A stretch of 64,000 bases of DNA from Pseudomonadota bacterium (GCA_039799905.1 JBDLRP010000019.1:32001-96000), one strand, 5' to 3'; positions 51,901-59,703 are shown, counted from the stretch's first letter. The notes: generated by a model not told the origin, from the letters alone. Translations and numbers: made by a program.

Positions 51901-54900
51901 GGGTGCTGACGTCCCGTCTTCGCGGACAATCTTAATTCCGATCACGTCGCTCACGTTTGGAGGCGCAACTTTGTTTCCGAACTGGTCGCGTGCCTCAACA
52001 CGGACCGAGAAATTGCCGCCACTGCCGGATTTGTCAGCGCGGGCTTCAACTGATGTACGATTGGGAATGACACCGTAGTGGTGAAATGCTGCTGGGTTCA
52101 CTTTCAGACCAAACGTTCCGGCGAATTCGGAAGTCGATGCTCCAATAGTCAGGTTTGCACGAACTTCGATTTTACCTGTCGTTGCACCAGTAGCGCCAAA
52201 GTAACGAACCTCATAAATCTTATCGGTGGCAGCGCTCGCCGGGTCTTTGCAGACGCCACCGACCATTTTACAGGTGTTGGGCTGACTGAACGGTGTCGGA
52301 CAGTTTGCGTCCGGACAGCCCGGCAATTGTGCCCGACCGCCCTCGCTTCGGACTGGATAGTCTCCAAAGTCCCAACTCAGCTCAACACCATCCTGTGCGA
52401 TTGTCTCTGCGACGTTGTTCTGCGCGTCGACTGCTTGAATCTTGAAAAAGGCACTTTGATTTGGCAGCAACGGCGGGTTTGTGCTTGTCGTCAGGTTCGG
52501 GTCGTCTCCTGTTCCCGGCATAGCCGTACCGTCGGATTGCACGCGTACGAGACGCAGTTTTGTCGGAGATGCTGCAACGATTCGAACTGGATAATCGACG
52601 GTTGTAGCACCATTGCTGGTCAGTGTCGCACGAAGTGTACCTGTGCCTGCTTGCAAGAGCGGAAGCAATCCGGCGAAGGGCAAACTCGGGTGTTGCTGCG
52701 GGGGGAGCAGCGTGAACCCGGATGCATAGGAGAAGACTGATTGCGGGCTGTCGGTGCTGTTTCCGGCTGCATCGAGCGAGCGAACCTCGACCTGCTGGAA
52801 GTCGTTAGTCGTTGTAAAAATATTGTCTGAGTCGGTTGAAAACGCGCGGTCTTTGTTTGCACCGCTAATATCGGAGAAGAAGATCTGATTGGTGACAGGA
52901 GCGCCTGCAAGGACAGTGAATGTAAGGTCACGCTGTACGGTGGTTGCCGCTCCTGCACCGACAAAGTCTCCCCGCGGTGCGAATGTTGTTCGGATGGTGG
53001 CATTGCCTGTTGCCCTAAGGAGGCGGAAAATATTCGCAGTTGTCGTGCTCGTTGCCGTCACAAAATCGAGCGTCACACTCGTCGGCTTGAGTTGATTGGT
53101 CGTTGAGCCGTTGGGGGCGCCCAATGCGGCGTCGTTCAGGTATGTAAACGCTGCTGTGGGATGGTAACCGGTTCCGTCTTTTGGCAACGATTCTGGCTCT
53201 GTTTCGTTGCCGAACTCATCGAGCAGCTTCACGATGATTCCAAATGCGTCGTCTGTCTTTGGCGAAGTGTTGCGGTTGAGCGCGACGCTGAAGTCAGCAG
53301 CCAGACCCGCTTTGACAGGAAGAGTCAGAAAGGTGTTTACAGGTGTAAATCCTGTCGGAATTCCACTTACCGGCGGACTCCAAGTGGCGGTGAGGTTGCC
53401 TTTTTGGTGTAGGTTTTCGAGCGTCAGGTTTGCTTTTGTCTCGTCACAGGGAGTTCCACCTCCGAAGCAGGTGTTGATTCCCTGTCCCAGAATGTTCGTA
53501 CCTGCAGGCGCACTGACGCTGATCCACTTGCCTACGGGTGCGGGTGTGGAATCAATGAAGTTGCCAACTTTATCGGTCCAGAAACCTCGGATTGCATTGG
53601 CCGTGCTGCTAACCTGCAAGCTTCGGCATGTGGGTACGGCACCGGTGATGACCTTGAAGGCCTCGACGTCGAGAATGTTTGTATAGACCTGAAAGCCAGT
53701 GACAGCGAAGGGCTGCCGGCAGACCTGCTCATCGTCAACATTGCGGTAATCAACTGCAGCTGCAGTATTTGTCCCAATTGTCAGTGGTTGTTCAACTGTT
53801 GTGTCGCCATCGAGTTGAGGTTCTCCGGCAGGAACAATTGAGGCGAAAAACTTGGGACTTCTGCCCGAGTCCATGAGACACACAAAGCGGTCGCGAAGGT
53901 CCAGAACTCCGCCGTTGACAATCCGAGTGCTGCGTTCGCTACCAAAATATTTGATGCTTTTTGAGTCCATCGCTGTCGTGGAGTTAAAAAAGGAATTTGC
54001 GGCGTCTGTCACAGGACTTTGCACGTGCGAAGTGTCGAGTTGCGTTTGTGGAATAAACTGTCCGTCGCTGTTTTGGCGGTACAATCCACCGGGTTGAATC
54101 AACTGTTTTTTCCGCCCTGCCTGAAGCGCGTCAGTGTAGTAATCCGTCAGCCAGAAATCGGCATTCACAGCTTTTGAAAAAGTGTGCACAAGGTTGTTGT
54201 CGGTGTCGCGGACCGTTACGATTGGCGACAAACAAGTTCCAGCGGGTATGACATCGTTTGCAGAACGTTCGACAGGGGCCGAAGTCGTGTCGCTGATTGG
54301 GATTGCATTGGCCAGCCTAACGCGCAGCTTGCTCGGTGTACCGGGTGAAACGACAAGCTTGAACTCTTGCTTAAGCGTGCCTTGAGCCGCCGAAACCAAC
54401 ACAGTTTTATTACTTTCCTGGTCGGTGGCCTTGTTCGCGGCAAACGTGAATTTTTTGTGTGCCACACTGCAGCCTGTGCCAACAGTGCCGGAGAGCGATT
54501 GCGATGTAATCGTGTTCCCGTTGGCACCCGCAATTTCAGTGTTCGTGAGAGAGTTTTTGACCGTGAGTGTTGCGGACAAAGCTTCGCCTTTGTAGTTTCC
54601 GAAGGAATCTGTGATTGCTGGAAAAAGGTTGACCGATTCATCCGCCGTCAGCTTGAATGCTTCCAATGTTTTGTCAAACGGAACTTGTTCGAATTCAGTT
54701 GCCGCCGCAGTGCGCTTCTGCCTGAGGAACCAGGCGACAGCGTCGCCGTTCGCCACTCCTCCGCAGTCACTGGCCAGAACGAGTTCATCGCTGCCAGTGT
54801 TGGGGAGAGGTTTTGCACTCGCAATCACGACACCGTCAATCGTTGAATTCGGGGTCAGGTCGAACATAAAGAAATCGTGCGCACGTGTGGTATCCAACAT

Positions 54901-57900
54901 ACTGAAACGAGCATCAGTTCGAGTGTCTTCGTCCACACCGTCGGGTTTGCTCGCAACTTCGTTGGGTGCGGTTTGATTTACGTTTCGCAGGATACATTCA
55001 GACCCTGCCAGATTTTCGCCGTCTATAAAGGTCGTCGTATATCGCGGTTTCGAGTCCGACGAATTCGTTGGGTCGCGCATTTCTGCGCCTTCGACACGAC
55101 GAAACACACAGATGAATTCGGTCTCTTTGTTTTTGCTGATGTTGTTGGCTTCAAAGAGCGGCAATTCTGTAGGCTTGCCCCATGTTGTCAGCGCTGGATG
55201 CACAAATCGGATTTGCTTTCTGCCGTTATAAGTCTCGATGGGTGTTCCGAATTCGTCAACTGCACGTAGCCGGACGGCAAATTCCATTCCCGCCAGCAAC
55301 TGCGGATTCGTCGGTCCTCCGTCCGAACTGCTCCAGAAAACCGTGGGATTTTCGGAGTCAGGAGAAATGAAGTCGACCTCGAACTTGCGAGCAACTTCAG
55401 AAACAAAGTCGAAAAAGGTCGACTTCACTGTCACACTCGTGTTGTCTTTCAGGGTGGCTGTCACAAAACCGCCACCGCTGTCCAGCTCGGGTCCGTCTGT
55501 GTCGTCCGCACCCTGTTTCTCTGGTGAAACCTCGATGTCGATCACAGAGTTTCCGGCAGCCGACAAATTTTGAATTGTATCCTCAATTTCGTACTGTTGT
55601 ATGCTGCCGATGACGGGTGCGACGTTTGTCCACGTAAAGGTGGCAAGAACGTTGCCCGCATAGTTTTTGAACTCGTCATATCCCGCTACGAACAACTTTT
55701 TTGATTTGCCTTTTGTGATGGCGACGTGACAGCCGTCAATCTCTGGCTTTCCATCACATGTGCCGCTAACAGACAAATCTGCACCATCATTGCTGTCACC
55801 AAGTTCGCCGTTTGCTGCACCACGCAGTTTTATGGAGTTCACAGTTGAGGGATTGATCTGAATCAATGCCTGAACTACCTTTGTTGGAAACCCAGCGAAC
55901 GTTGACTCAACCTTTATCTGCATAACGCATGGAGTCTGATCACCAACTCCTTGAGTCGCACGATTTATTTTCAAGGTCTGTCCAGGGAATTCAAGCAGAC
56001 CGCTTGTAATCTTGCCAGGAGTGTTGAAATCGTCTTTGAATGTTGCAGCATTGAAGGAATCACCGGTAGCATTTTTTGTGTGGCAGCCGTTGCTGAGAAT
56101 ACTTACAGCAGAGTCGCTCGGTGTGGTTGTGAATGCTTTTGCGACTCTGTATGTTTCATTGCTCAACGTAGTCTTGGTATCCAATTGTGTTTCAACTCGA
56201 GCACCACTTGCGTCTCGGACAACTGCACTGACAGGAAAATCGACTCCGGCCGTGATTGTGCTGGGTACTTCGACGGTCAGTGAACTCGGATCTCCTGAAA
56301 CGGCGACATAGTTATACTTGATGAAGATGTTATTTTCTGTGGCGGTAAATCCCATCGCAGTTTTTTCTTCCGGACTGAGGTCAGTTGAAACTGCCTTGGC
56401 CGTGATTTTTCCTGTTCCGGGTTTGTTGACCAACACTGGTGAAAAATCCGTTGCGCTGACTCCCGGAGTCAACGTCAGGTTGGGTGTCCCGCTTAGGCCA
56501 TCAGGTGTGTCAGTCCATTCCACCTTGACATCACGCAGCCAGTTGCCGGCAACGTCGACAAGTCCAAGCCTCAGCTTGTCTGTCGCTAATCCGAACTTGA
56601 AGACGAGACACGGGTCGCCGAATTCCTCGCGTGTGTCGCGTGTACAGACATTTTTGGAGTCGTTGCCGACGTTGCTTGGGTCATTGGCATCCATCACCAT
56701 CAGGCGGTTCGGCTGGTTTTTTGCAATGTCCAGCTCCAGGGCGCCCTGAAATTCAACCTGATTGAGTTCGCTCTTCCCGACGACTTTGATAGTTGGTTTT
56801 TCCGTTGCACCAGCTGGTCTGGTCGCATCATAGAAGCATGCCTTTTCAACGGAGCGCGCAAGACCTTCTGAGAAATTAATCTTCCGGTCGACGATGGTCT
56901 GTGTGAGGTTCACGACGTCGCCCCAGTGCGCACTCTTTGCAAGTACGGGAGCAGTGTCAGTCGACTCCATCGTCAGGGTGAGCGTATGTTCACCCTTGAT
57001 GTTCGGATTGATGTTGCCAAAGTTGTCACTTGCAAAGATGTCGACGTCGACGCAAGTACCGGCCTTGATTGGGGCGATTCCCACGTCCTGACCGTTGATG
57101 CGAAATGCCCATTTGGTTTGGTCGGCTGCTGGCACCGTCACAACAATCGGTGCGATGAGTCCTTTGTTTTCCGCCGAGACTGAGAGTAAACCAGTACCAG
57201 ATTTGGACGGACTGAAGTTGATTAAATTTCCGAATGCGGGACCATCACTCACATTGTTGAGCTTTGGTGTCAGTCCGGACAGAAGACGGTCCGAATCTAT
57301 ATTCCACGTCGCTTCTGCAACCTCTTCGAGGTAGTTGCCGTTCGCGTCGATCCATGCGCCCGTGTACTGTGCGTTTGCACCCGCTGGAAGTGTGATTGAA
57401 GTAATCGGTTTCGAATCGGCAGGCGGCGGTCCTTGGAAATTTTTGACTGCAATGAACGCCCGTTCGCCATCTGCTGTCGCCTCAATATCTCCTTCAATGG
57501 GATTGACGAGATTGTCCGAAAAAGACAGCCGATACTTAACCTTCTCGGGAACCCTCAGGCGAAAAGGTCCGCGCGGAACAAGACACCGACCACCGCTGAA
57601 CTGACAATCGATTTCACCGTTAGGAAATTCGGGTGTGAATCCCGCCCATGACGTTGAAGGAGAGGCTTCGATTTTGAGTTTTCTGAAGCCTTCGAATGTT
57701 GAGGCGACACGCCCTTCGGTGTCGACGATTGTGATTGTCATGTCGAATTCTGTACCAACTTTCTCTTTGTTTCTGTTGGCTGTCTCAAGAACCAGCCGAG
57801 AGCCTTCCTTCAGGTCGGAGGTGCTCAGCAGCGCGAATGAATAGGACGCATTGTCTTCCGGACCTGCTTGCGCCAGAACCGCGATTTTCTTGTTGAAGAG

Positions 57901-58410
57901 AGCCGGCGCAATCACCCAAACCTTGGCTTTGCCTTCTTTGTTGGTGCGCGTATCGAATTGGTCGATACGTCCAACCCGCTCTTCAATGTCGACTTCCGGT
58001 GCCGCCGCTCCCGAGATGGTGTTCTTCTTTGCCGCAATTGCCGCCGTGCGTATGGCTGCGTTCGAAGACGTCAGCGCTGCAGCTTCGTTTTTCCATGCCT
58101 CGACAATTTTTTCGGTGCTGACGTTTTCGGTGCCACCCAAAAGTGATTCTTCAACCAGCCTGAATTCAATAACGCCCTCGATGACAGGCTGGCCGTTGGG
58201 ATCCTTAACTGTTACCTCGACGGGATTCGGAAAGGGGCGTTTAGGCAGAGAAACCTGCTGTGATCCAGCCAAGACGTCGACCTTCCACCCTAGTGGAGGC
58301 ACCTGTTTGACTCCATCTGAACATGAGAGGGTGAAAATGAGCAGGAGCAGCGCCGCCATCAGATGCACGGCGCCGAGATTTTTCCAGTGATTTTGGAAAC
58401 ATCTCAACAT
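39907..58410 (-). CDS. Giant 6167-aa surface lipoprotein/adhesin with tandem Ig-like repeats
   Basis: Lipobox IFTLSC (Cys30); Big_1/invasin-like first domain (PVEVTVKDPNGQPV); dozens of DxxGN turns; T/A/S/N/G-rich; nine Cys-patterned repeats in the C-terminal half. Confidence 0.88.
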   Translation of the reverse strand: MLRCFQNHWKNLGAVHLMAALLLLIFTLSCSDGVKQVPPLGWKVDVLAGSQQVSLPKRPFPNPVEVTVKDPNGQPVIEGVIEFRLVEESLLGGTENVSTEKIVEAWKNEAAALTSSNAAIRTAAIAAKKNTISGAAAPEVDIEERVGRIDQFDTRTNKEGKAKVWVIAPALFNKKIAVLAQAGPEDNASYSFALLSTSDLKEGSRLVLETANRNKEKVGTEFDMTITIVDTEGRVASTFEGFRKLKIEASPSTSWAGFTPEFPNGEIDCQFSGGRCLVPRGPFRLRVPEKVKYRLSFSDNLVNPIEGDIEATADGERAFIAVKNFQGPPPADSKPITSITLPAGANAQYTGAWIDANGNYLEEVAEATWNIDSDRLLSGLTPKLNNVSDGPAFGNLINFSPSKSGTGLLSVSAENKGLIAPIVVTVPAADQTKWAFRINGQDVGIAPIKAGTCVDVDIFASDNFGNINPNIKGEHTLTLTMESTDTAPVLAKSAHWGDVVNLTQTIVDRKINFSEGLARSVEKACFYDATRPAGATEKPTIKVVGKSELNQVEFQGALELDIAKNQPNRLMVMDANDPSNVGNDSKNVCTRDTREEFGDPCLVFKFGLATDKLRLGLVDVAGNWLRDVKVEWTDTPDGLSGTPNLTLTPGVSATDFSPVLVNKPGTGKITAKAVSTDLSPEEKTAMGFTATENNIFIKYNYVAVSGDPSSLTVEVPSTITAGVDFPVSAVVRDASGARVETQLDTKTTLSNETYRVAKAFTTTPSDSAVSILSNGCHTKNATGDSFNAATFKDDFNTPGKITSGLLEFPGQTLKINRATQGVGDQTPCVMQIKVESTFAGFPTKVVQALIQINPSTVNSIKLRGAANGELGDSNDGADLSVSGTCDGKPEIDGCHVAITKGKSKKLFVAGYDEFKNYAGNVLATFTWTNVAPVIGSIQQYEIEDTIQNLSAAGNSVIDIEVSPEKQGADDTDGPELDSGGGFVTATLKDNTSVTVKSTFFDFVSEVARKFEVDFISPDSENPTVFWSSSDGGPTNPQLLAGMEFAVRLRAVDEFGTPIETYNGRKQIRFVHPALTTWGKPTELPLFEANNISKNKETEFICVFRRVEGAEMRDPTNSSDSKPRYTTTFIDGENLAGSECILRNVNQTAPNEVASKPDGVDEDTRTDARFSMLDTTRAHDFFMFDLTPNSTIDGVVIASAKPLPNTGSDELVLASDCGGVANGDAVAWFLRQKRTAAATEFEQVPFDKTLEAFKLTADESVNLFPAITDSFGNYKGEALSATLTVKNSLTNTEIAGANGNTITSQSLSGTVGTGCSVAHKKFTFAANKATDQESNKTVLVSAAQGTLKQEFKLVVSPGTPSKLRVRLANAIPISDTTSAPVERSANDVIPAGTCLSPIVTVRDTDNNLVHTFSKAVNADFWLTDYYTDALQAGRKKQLIQPGGLYRQNSDGQFIPQTQLDTSHVQSPVTDAANSFFNSTTAMDSKSIKYFGSERSTRIVNGGVLDLRDRFVCLMDSGRSPKFFASIVPAGEPQLDGDTTVEQPLTIGTNTAAAVDYRNVDDEQVCRQPFAVTGFQVYTNILDVEAFKVITGAVPTCRSLQVSSTANAIRGFWTDKVGNFIDSTPAPVGKWISVSAPAGTNILGQGINTCFGGGTPCDETKANLTLENLHQKGNLTATWSPPVSGIPTGFTPVNTFLTLPVKAGLAADFSVALNRNTSPKTDDAFGIIVKLLDEFGNETEPESLPKDGTGYHPTAAFTYLNDAALGAPNGSTTNQLKPTSVTLDFVTATSTTTANIFRLLRATGNATIRTTFAPRGDFVGAGAATTVQRDLTFTVLAGAPVTNQIFFSDISGANKDRAFSTDSDNIFTTTNDFQQVEVRSLDAAGNSTDSPQSVFSYASGFTLLPPQQHPSLPFAGLLPLLQAGTGTLRATLTSNGATTVDYPVRIVAASPTKLRLVRVQSDGTAMPGTGDDPNLTTSTNPPLLPNQSAFFKIQAVDAQNNVAETIAQDGVELSWDFGDYPVRSEGGRAQLPGCPDANCPTPFSQPNTCKMVGGVCKDPASAATDKIYEVRYFGATGATTGKIEVRANLTIGASTSEFAGTFGLKVNPAAFHHYGVIPNRTSVEARADKSGSGGNFSVRVEARDQFGNKVAPPNVSDVIGIKIVREDGTSAPSGVLTGGTTGVFGATNTFINYPNLFYDEPGQFRVVAFGPSDAGMSTIAAAPLINFEAGLFSVADFRLAIPAGVTDVFAGSETTLRFEAVDNYGNPVRGIDNILRNDDYTWAGIGSLTGADGTARQPTQISGQTNTTVKFNSATHGTFIDGVALVKVTFFEARNNYRDTLSINNATQSKAVTIHPAAGNTLRVLPATLNKYRLLATDNSQTGLTSLANNSNRNARSSDGLFRIVVQPLDAFGNLRAGDTGVSLTAEAVDNTLTTTQAVSSTDATFNAAALNLEPADPAINTAFKAGVGFEFKDLFYRVGQKVKWKVTGVPAGVSVEPSVDVVYLPQIETVASYRLKLDNNDANTWPNTTAGTAISLKLEPLDVAGNLVTTGTTLDSALQAQSYTISGVQGSGASAPTLTTTFAFTNGIGVQNGIVLRKSQRFEVGELLVTDNNSGLRKGANAAGYDVVPAAVSTLTPDNIPAQVAGVVTTLRVVATDAFGNLSANGCATPPVVKATDGSNLASPGGHNGSVTNAISNASAGDPLNTTASIGVFQKAMTFFQASENSIFFEGCGVQSAAVVVSVIENFKANEVQLSNSSVEPSTSLTTPQECMPVDGLNANIACPTIFAFMWDEYGNRWRRNSGNCDWTAAQKIPSGETAAIAASGTPAGVPVTDTTATVTNASFINRDLTCTLAGTNTTSGNAIVRTVELFGGIGDLGSFDGTTVTTNPITNPATRNAITAGSTLTITNLALLQWRGGQLQAVNRQRSEEYTLNASGLGTNYQGGSNPLPTNLTVNHAANGVNSSAIDLDMTFPTTPATDTSFTITTRNVSKVIGGIRVSTGVATDIVVGNFNTQSPTAGGDVILSSVDVFDNAGNRAACTTLTITAAASTLPPACNNEACDSVNPNIPFNGIPANFTTRALNANNSRLFTAASPGQFTNLTFQLYKATQAVTLTVDACGLSRNFVFSVLPEATSHVRLAASNTAPSATATAPLVNCPLGNRLDVNCPTVNAFFWDQFGNVNPAGTCTSWSFDKASGSTSKTDGDGFTLAATGTSQSIKTPDTIGSFLSGRLACVSTGGSKGIALMSGGLTSLTATHTFGGTAAATSKTAAANNLTVNDIQARMKKVALSDTSNIDSSLVESEVNKDDIGGLGAQNLVLGSTSGSSGASLTDATLPMVASTTVSCTFNASGACALNANLSLRRAETNRVITVSYRDVTAALPALTVTPAGAHQISPFLWRTIDTDRITVANPMLASDNVGANIRVVDEFGNPTDFINGSNSTACTAAADDITVVGGTLDNTNSTLTTADRLFQNTALGHWVIESTPGTSTGLNVRKAGDHTLRYKMCGLTADLTIRVQPAVLNEIRLHTSAAAPAASLTSLNCPLNATGTGATCQFVNAFFFDAHGNQRIGDTCDHWQFDLRDAPAYNASIPAGTYTVPTPFTAENTNAEANTASVRVNHSNFIDGTLKCTRGAFNRTLPMHGGIAFMNVSHTTGNLTALNGNFSITSVQLHGPAGDNTAVILPQVLTNETIELSSNATRANDPDANAVIPSAAVTCNFSQNSKAECTTAMSASFTKVETARNLTVKVRGLTYTTPNFNVVANNADSITARVYTGADPTTEANQRSVATPLVAGESFRATVNAVDQFSNDTSGNCNAAAMTITSSVNLNDPLGGASQLTGGGVAFAADAGFTGRFSVNNNMNIKKATTTTLTFTACGRTTTRDIKIVPAAHSYTRVSTAEAAPAANTAAATLKQRCPLAASGAGVTCEPLNAFMYDVFGNLREGDTCTTWTYAATTGTTHSGTLFESDGNKVTRSSTGGARTTRITSTDWMDGTVTCANGAITHSIQFFGGITKLDVTHTSTAAVTAGSAFALNSVQLTGPTYTADVFSMAALPDNLNAEPVSLQTTAVKASAGNPAEVVKPAWTCNFVAGVCDGDPAPSIADALNLNFSKAQDGITFSVFVRGKVFSPAVFNVAPTTASRIAARVWTTANTDANLKNETTPLSAGDAFGATINAFDQFDNRTAVGCVATQAGMTIASSANLNAPVDSAASTLIDADHIFAAKAGTIGEFEVEDLLIRKATTTDLTFTACGRTTVYKLRIVPKAERAFARVTTGNAAPSGNTSNDILRERCALAGSGSGVVCNTLNAFIYDSFGNVRDGQNCTSWTYTKTGGTTPTSNEAAATLTNTGTTSSTRLTSSDWIDGRVKCVVDNDDDKSHSIHFFGGIESLAMAHSSTTNVVAGAAFSLTSLTLKGPSYDNSGVLTFPAIEEDLNQESVTLQTTAQKAVTGNPNEVVNPAWTCNFVDGVCTSGTSPNPTTALSLHFTRKETGVSFTAFVRGKSINSGNFNVNPANASATTTTFKLVNVAGDAIIDSNPSINQTNADRQADQTFNLHIDLLDQFGNKTDKRADNGNTCATTNSSTIAQTTVLANGNNDNATKFTGPALNSFDATALVYKLTDMKLTGPGANTLTINTCGVSHLLNLNISAGAAHKFFLNKSTTASKTNVDEDKCSLLSGGGTSCDTIRAWFFDQFGNHRAGDTCDSWALTNLAVSSPALTVPALDNQPSPSISVSANSALDARLTCVKAGGATEEGTVGVVLFGGVQSVDATLPASGNITAGTSNFAVSGLQLKGRKNNTVINAEYAGTLPISFSTTASAGLDGTLFTSTPATDCNFSATGACATTFNFSFVRADATARALTINVHGVSNITGANANVRNNIIVAEGNPTKVISRTVPDTVAADATISGTFNLTDAFDNPSCSEDLTISATQLTDLFDNHKSAIGTAPTIHGTTLTAANKGTAISVADTSKGTYALNSTALRNANSTGLTLTFAAPAACGNFSFTHTIKTTNGVFSDFKFLNSNIVDDATVQSTTQPAKINCKHTAESGSGVTCDSIYAYFRDNQGNLLNNVQNNSCKWIYTPIGTSNGPAAASLPLGRSITLTHSKFLDGNLQCQRTVNGVAQTGASNLSTAIPVQGGISRVALELRGTSTTAINGILSAASNPVVAGNDNVGIRKISLFTRQNNTEVDVSTDATIRDDYDFATEPIEFVTTAQKAMFGTPNNVVPNTPSCTFADGKCDNSAVSLLSGIAANQKLSLTRSGASGSNDVAVRIRGITSNTLSMIVNSANAASLVVTAPTSLQNAGSELKTLVSVRGFDTFGNDSLRSCTGFTAGALPTSPAGDTSVFTFGSFDAATNVTIPIDSLIIKAAGNHSIPVTANGCGLSVQIPLTVQSNTTLGRIVISSETTAPNFSAANGEVACATLNGGNDGVSCPDLFSYHYDAFGNKLASAASTHTCDWKVGGTLEGANAGVQTRTRASDSTTPHINELISCQKTVGSDTFTSNSIRLFGGPHTLSIASAPATTTLVAGFGNFQISKLTLQSQKDTSLVPMPGLNATAQTVTFSTSGQPNLVCADPDLPTNSCIHTGSVSCTFSTSGECSPNALFNFKKVHNTDRTLTASVRGKSASVTITSVSAGPAAKLVIGGLTGGTVDALYPTATSSIATTITAKDEFDNGTTTPKSGGNCSTVNVTGNDQGAYADNIAITNTNSNPSNAALKIYKAGTHNLTFSKCGVSVTEDLTITAGAVRRTLLTTDDVQPSVFNCVSAGDNIQTTRECSFTRTCAANAAGTAAGTGCGALFAWHYDKAGNFIAAGTNTKSCGAGGASATFTNVDTGVTVAAATTGSSGSAVFAASGNGFAVTAPANKYLRGDVSCKPDSASHLGGSVVQITAPVTLTAPTVECTPWMYTSTRAAESLCQFKNETGVTLSSAEAFTPAQTLDSTEAHPELIHKPSMTADILNNNFAQFIVEGVAGKMTSKFKLRFTSSNNKVLVADSPVLRVPLRKSDSITAPVTTAPQETAADAGANLTKAEQAEDTTVPTVATDRRIFYYTHGGFTWADCATGKCETAKASVETLDTTFTTFPLLADPSVPANDTFIKPRRYNAHPMQNAFFFVTTTSTNTDRCMNKTNVSDNSSCKIDVEIDHTKGKNLRGVWWLKDSAGNPYYFMTPDDPD
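40700..50700 (-). repeat. Nine diverged ~1.13-kb (~375-aa) intragenic repeat units (bounds approximate)
   Basis: Anchor motif C-x4-[AS]-[FWY]-xx-D-xx-GN near 50050, 48900, 47740, 46610, 45490, 44360, 43250, 42110 and 41020. Confidence 0.85.
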
Positions 58411-58498
58411 TATTGAATTCTCCCGCGAACGCCCTAAACGTCCACAGGTGAGTTCGTCCGATTGTGCAAGAAACTTGAGGACTCAATTACAGCGTCTG

Positions 58499-59089
58499 TC
58501 AAAGGTAAAGAAGTGCACCAAATCGGGGTCTTAGCAATAGACCTGAGAAGTCTGCGACGCTTGTGCCCACGGCAATGGAGGCATCAACGTTGACGTCCAG
58601 CGCCACATTGCCGAACAACTTATAGTGGGTCCCCATTCCAACACCGACCGAAAAGTAATTCGCGCTCACTTCGGCGAGTTTCACTGCACCAAACGTATCA
58701 ATGAGGTAGCGCCCCCAGCCAACCTTGGCGTGCAGGTAGGGTTTGACTGATGACGAGTATCGCAAGGTGCTGGAATCGTGCAGGTCCTCAAAATCAGTTC
58801 CATATTGGAATGGGTAGTATTGTATGCCACCCCGGGTCTCCATGATTTGGGTGAGATTGGCATTTGCAGACTTTCCAGCTTGAAATTCGACAACTGCTGC
58901 CAGAATTCTCGACCTGAACGAAAGCCACCTGATGTCGACATTTTGCACGTTCAGATCTTGTCCGGCTCTGTACCCGCTGATTGAGGAAACAATGGCTCCT
59001 GTCGAGATTCCCAAGGCGGACACGACTTCGGCGTGCGCCATTTGTGGTAACAGAAAAAGCGGGAGAAGTGTCAGAAGTCTTCTCATCAC
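58499..59089 (-). CDS. Small outer-membrane beta-barrel protein (~8 strands)
   Basis: Signal peptide (AHA-E); KPYLHAKVGWG, VGVGMGTHY and C-terminal PRFGALLYL; 4-bp overlap with the upstream gene. Confidence 0.75.
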   Translation of the reverse strand: MMRRLLTLLPLFLLPQMAHAEVVSALGISTGAIVSSISGYRAGQDLNVQNVDIRWLSFRSRILAAVVEFQAGKSANANLTQIMETRGGIQYYPFQYGTDFEDLHDSSTLRYSSSVKPYLHAKVGWGRYLIDTFGAVKLAEVSANYFSVGVGMGTHYKLFGNVALDVNVDASIAVGTSVADFSGLLLRPRFGALLYL

Positions 59090-59703
59090 TTTTTGCCCCG
59101 CGCTTTTCCTTTTCCGCCGGCGGGAGCATCGGGGCTTGCGCCGGTTTCGGCCAGCAGTGCGCGAATTTCTGTATCCGACGGGTCGAGTGCGAGCGCCTTG
59201 TAGAACGCCTCGCGGGCCTTTTCGGCCTGATTTTGCAACATGTAAACAGTTCCTTCGAAAGTATACGCTGCTGCAATGTTTGGGTTTGCCGCTCGTGATT
59301 TTTCGAGTGACTTCAGCGCTTCCTTAAAGTTCTTATCGATGATCTGCCGCTCAGCTTCCAGTAGAAACCGCACTGCGGTGTTGATGTCCGCAGAGTCGTC
59401 GGAACCTATGGGAAGCATATTTGCTTCGATTTCAAGTTTTCCGCCACCCAGATTAGGAATGACGAAGTTTTGATTGCGGTATCCGGCTCTCTTCAGAGTC
59501 AAAACGATTGTGCTCTTGTTAGAGAACTTGCTGAGTTCAGCCATCTCCTGCTGCAACGGTGTCTTGCCCAGCAATTTTCCGTTCTCTTGTCCTGGGACGG
59601 ACATTATCACATCCACTCCGGGAGGTTTGCTGGTGATGCTGACGCTCGCGCAACCAGCAAAGAGTGGAAGCGCAAGACAAAGAGCGGAGAGTCTCAGTTG
59701 CAT
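59086..59703 (-). CDS. PEGA-like + TPR lipoprotein
   Basis: LFAGC lipobox; ITSKPPGVDV...LGKTP...LKRAGY (PEGA-like); TPR helices (AAAYTFEGTVY, AFYKALALDP). Confidence 0.85.
   Translation of the reverse strand: MQLRLSALCLALPLFAGCASVSITSKPPGVDVIMSVPGQENGKLLGKTPLQQEMAELSKFSNKSTIVLTLKRAGYRNQNFVIPNLGGGKLEIEANMLPIGSDDSADINTAVRFLLEAERQIIDKNFKEALKSLEKSRAANPNIAAAYTFEGTVYMLQNQAEKAREAFYKALALDPSDTEIRALLAETGASPDAPAGGKGKARGKK

Noticed and set aside
39892..58390. Dozens of + strand ORFs (60-237 aa) opposite the giant gene
   Set aside because: Antisense shadows of a long T/A/N/V-rich coding frame; no recognisable motifs.
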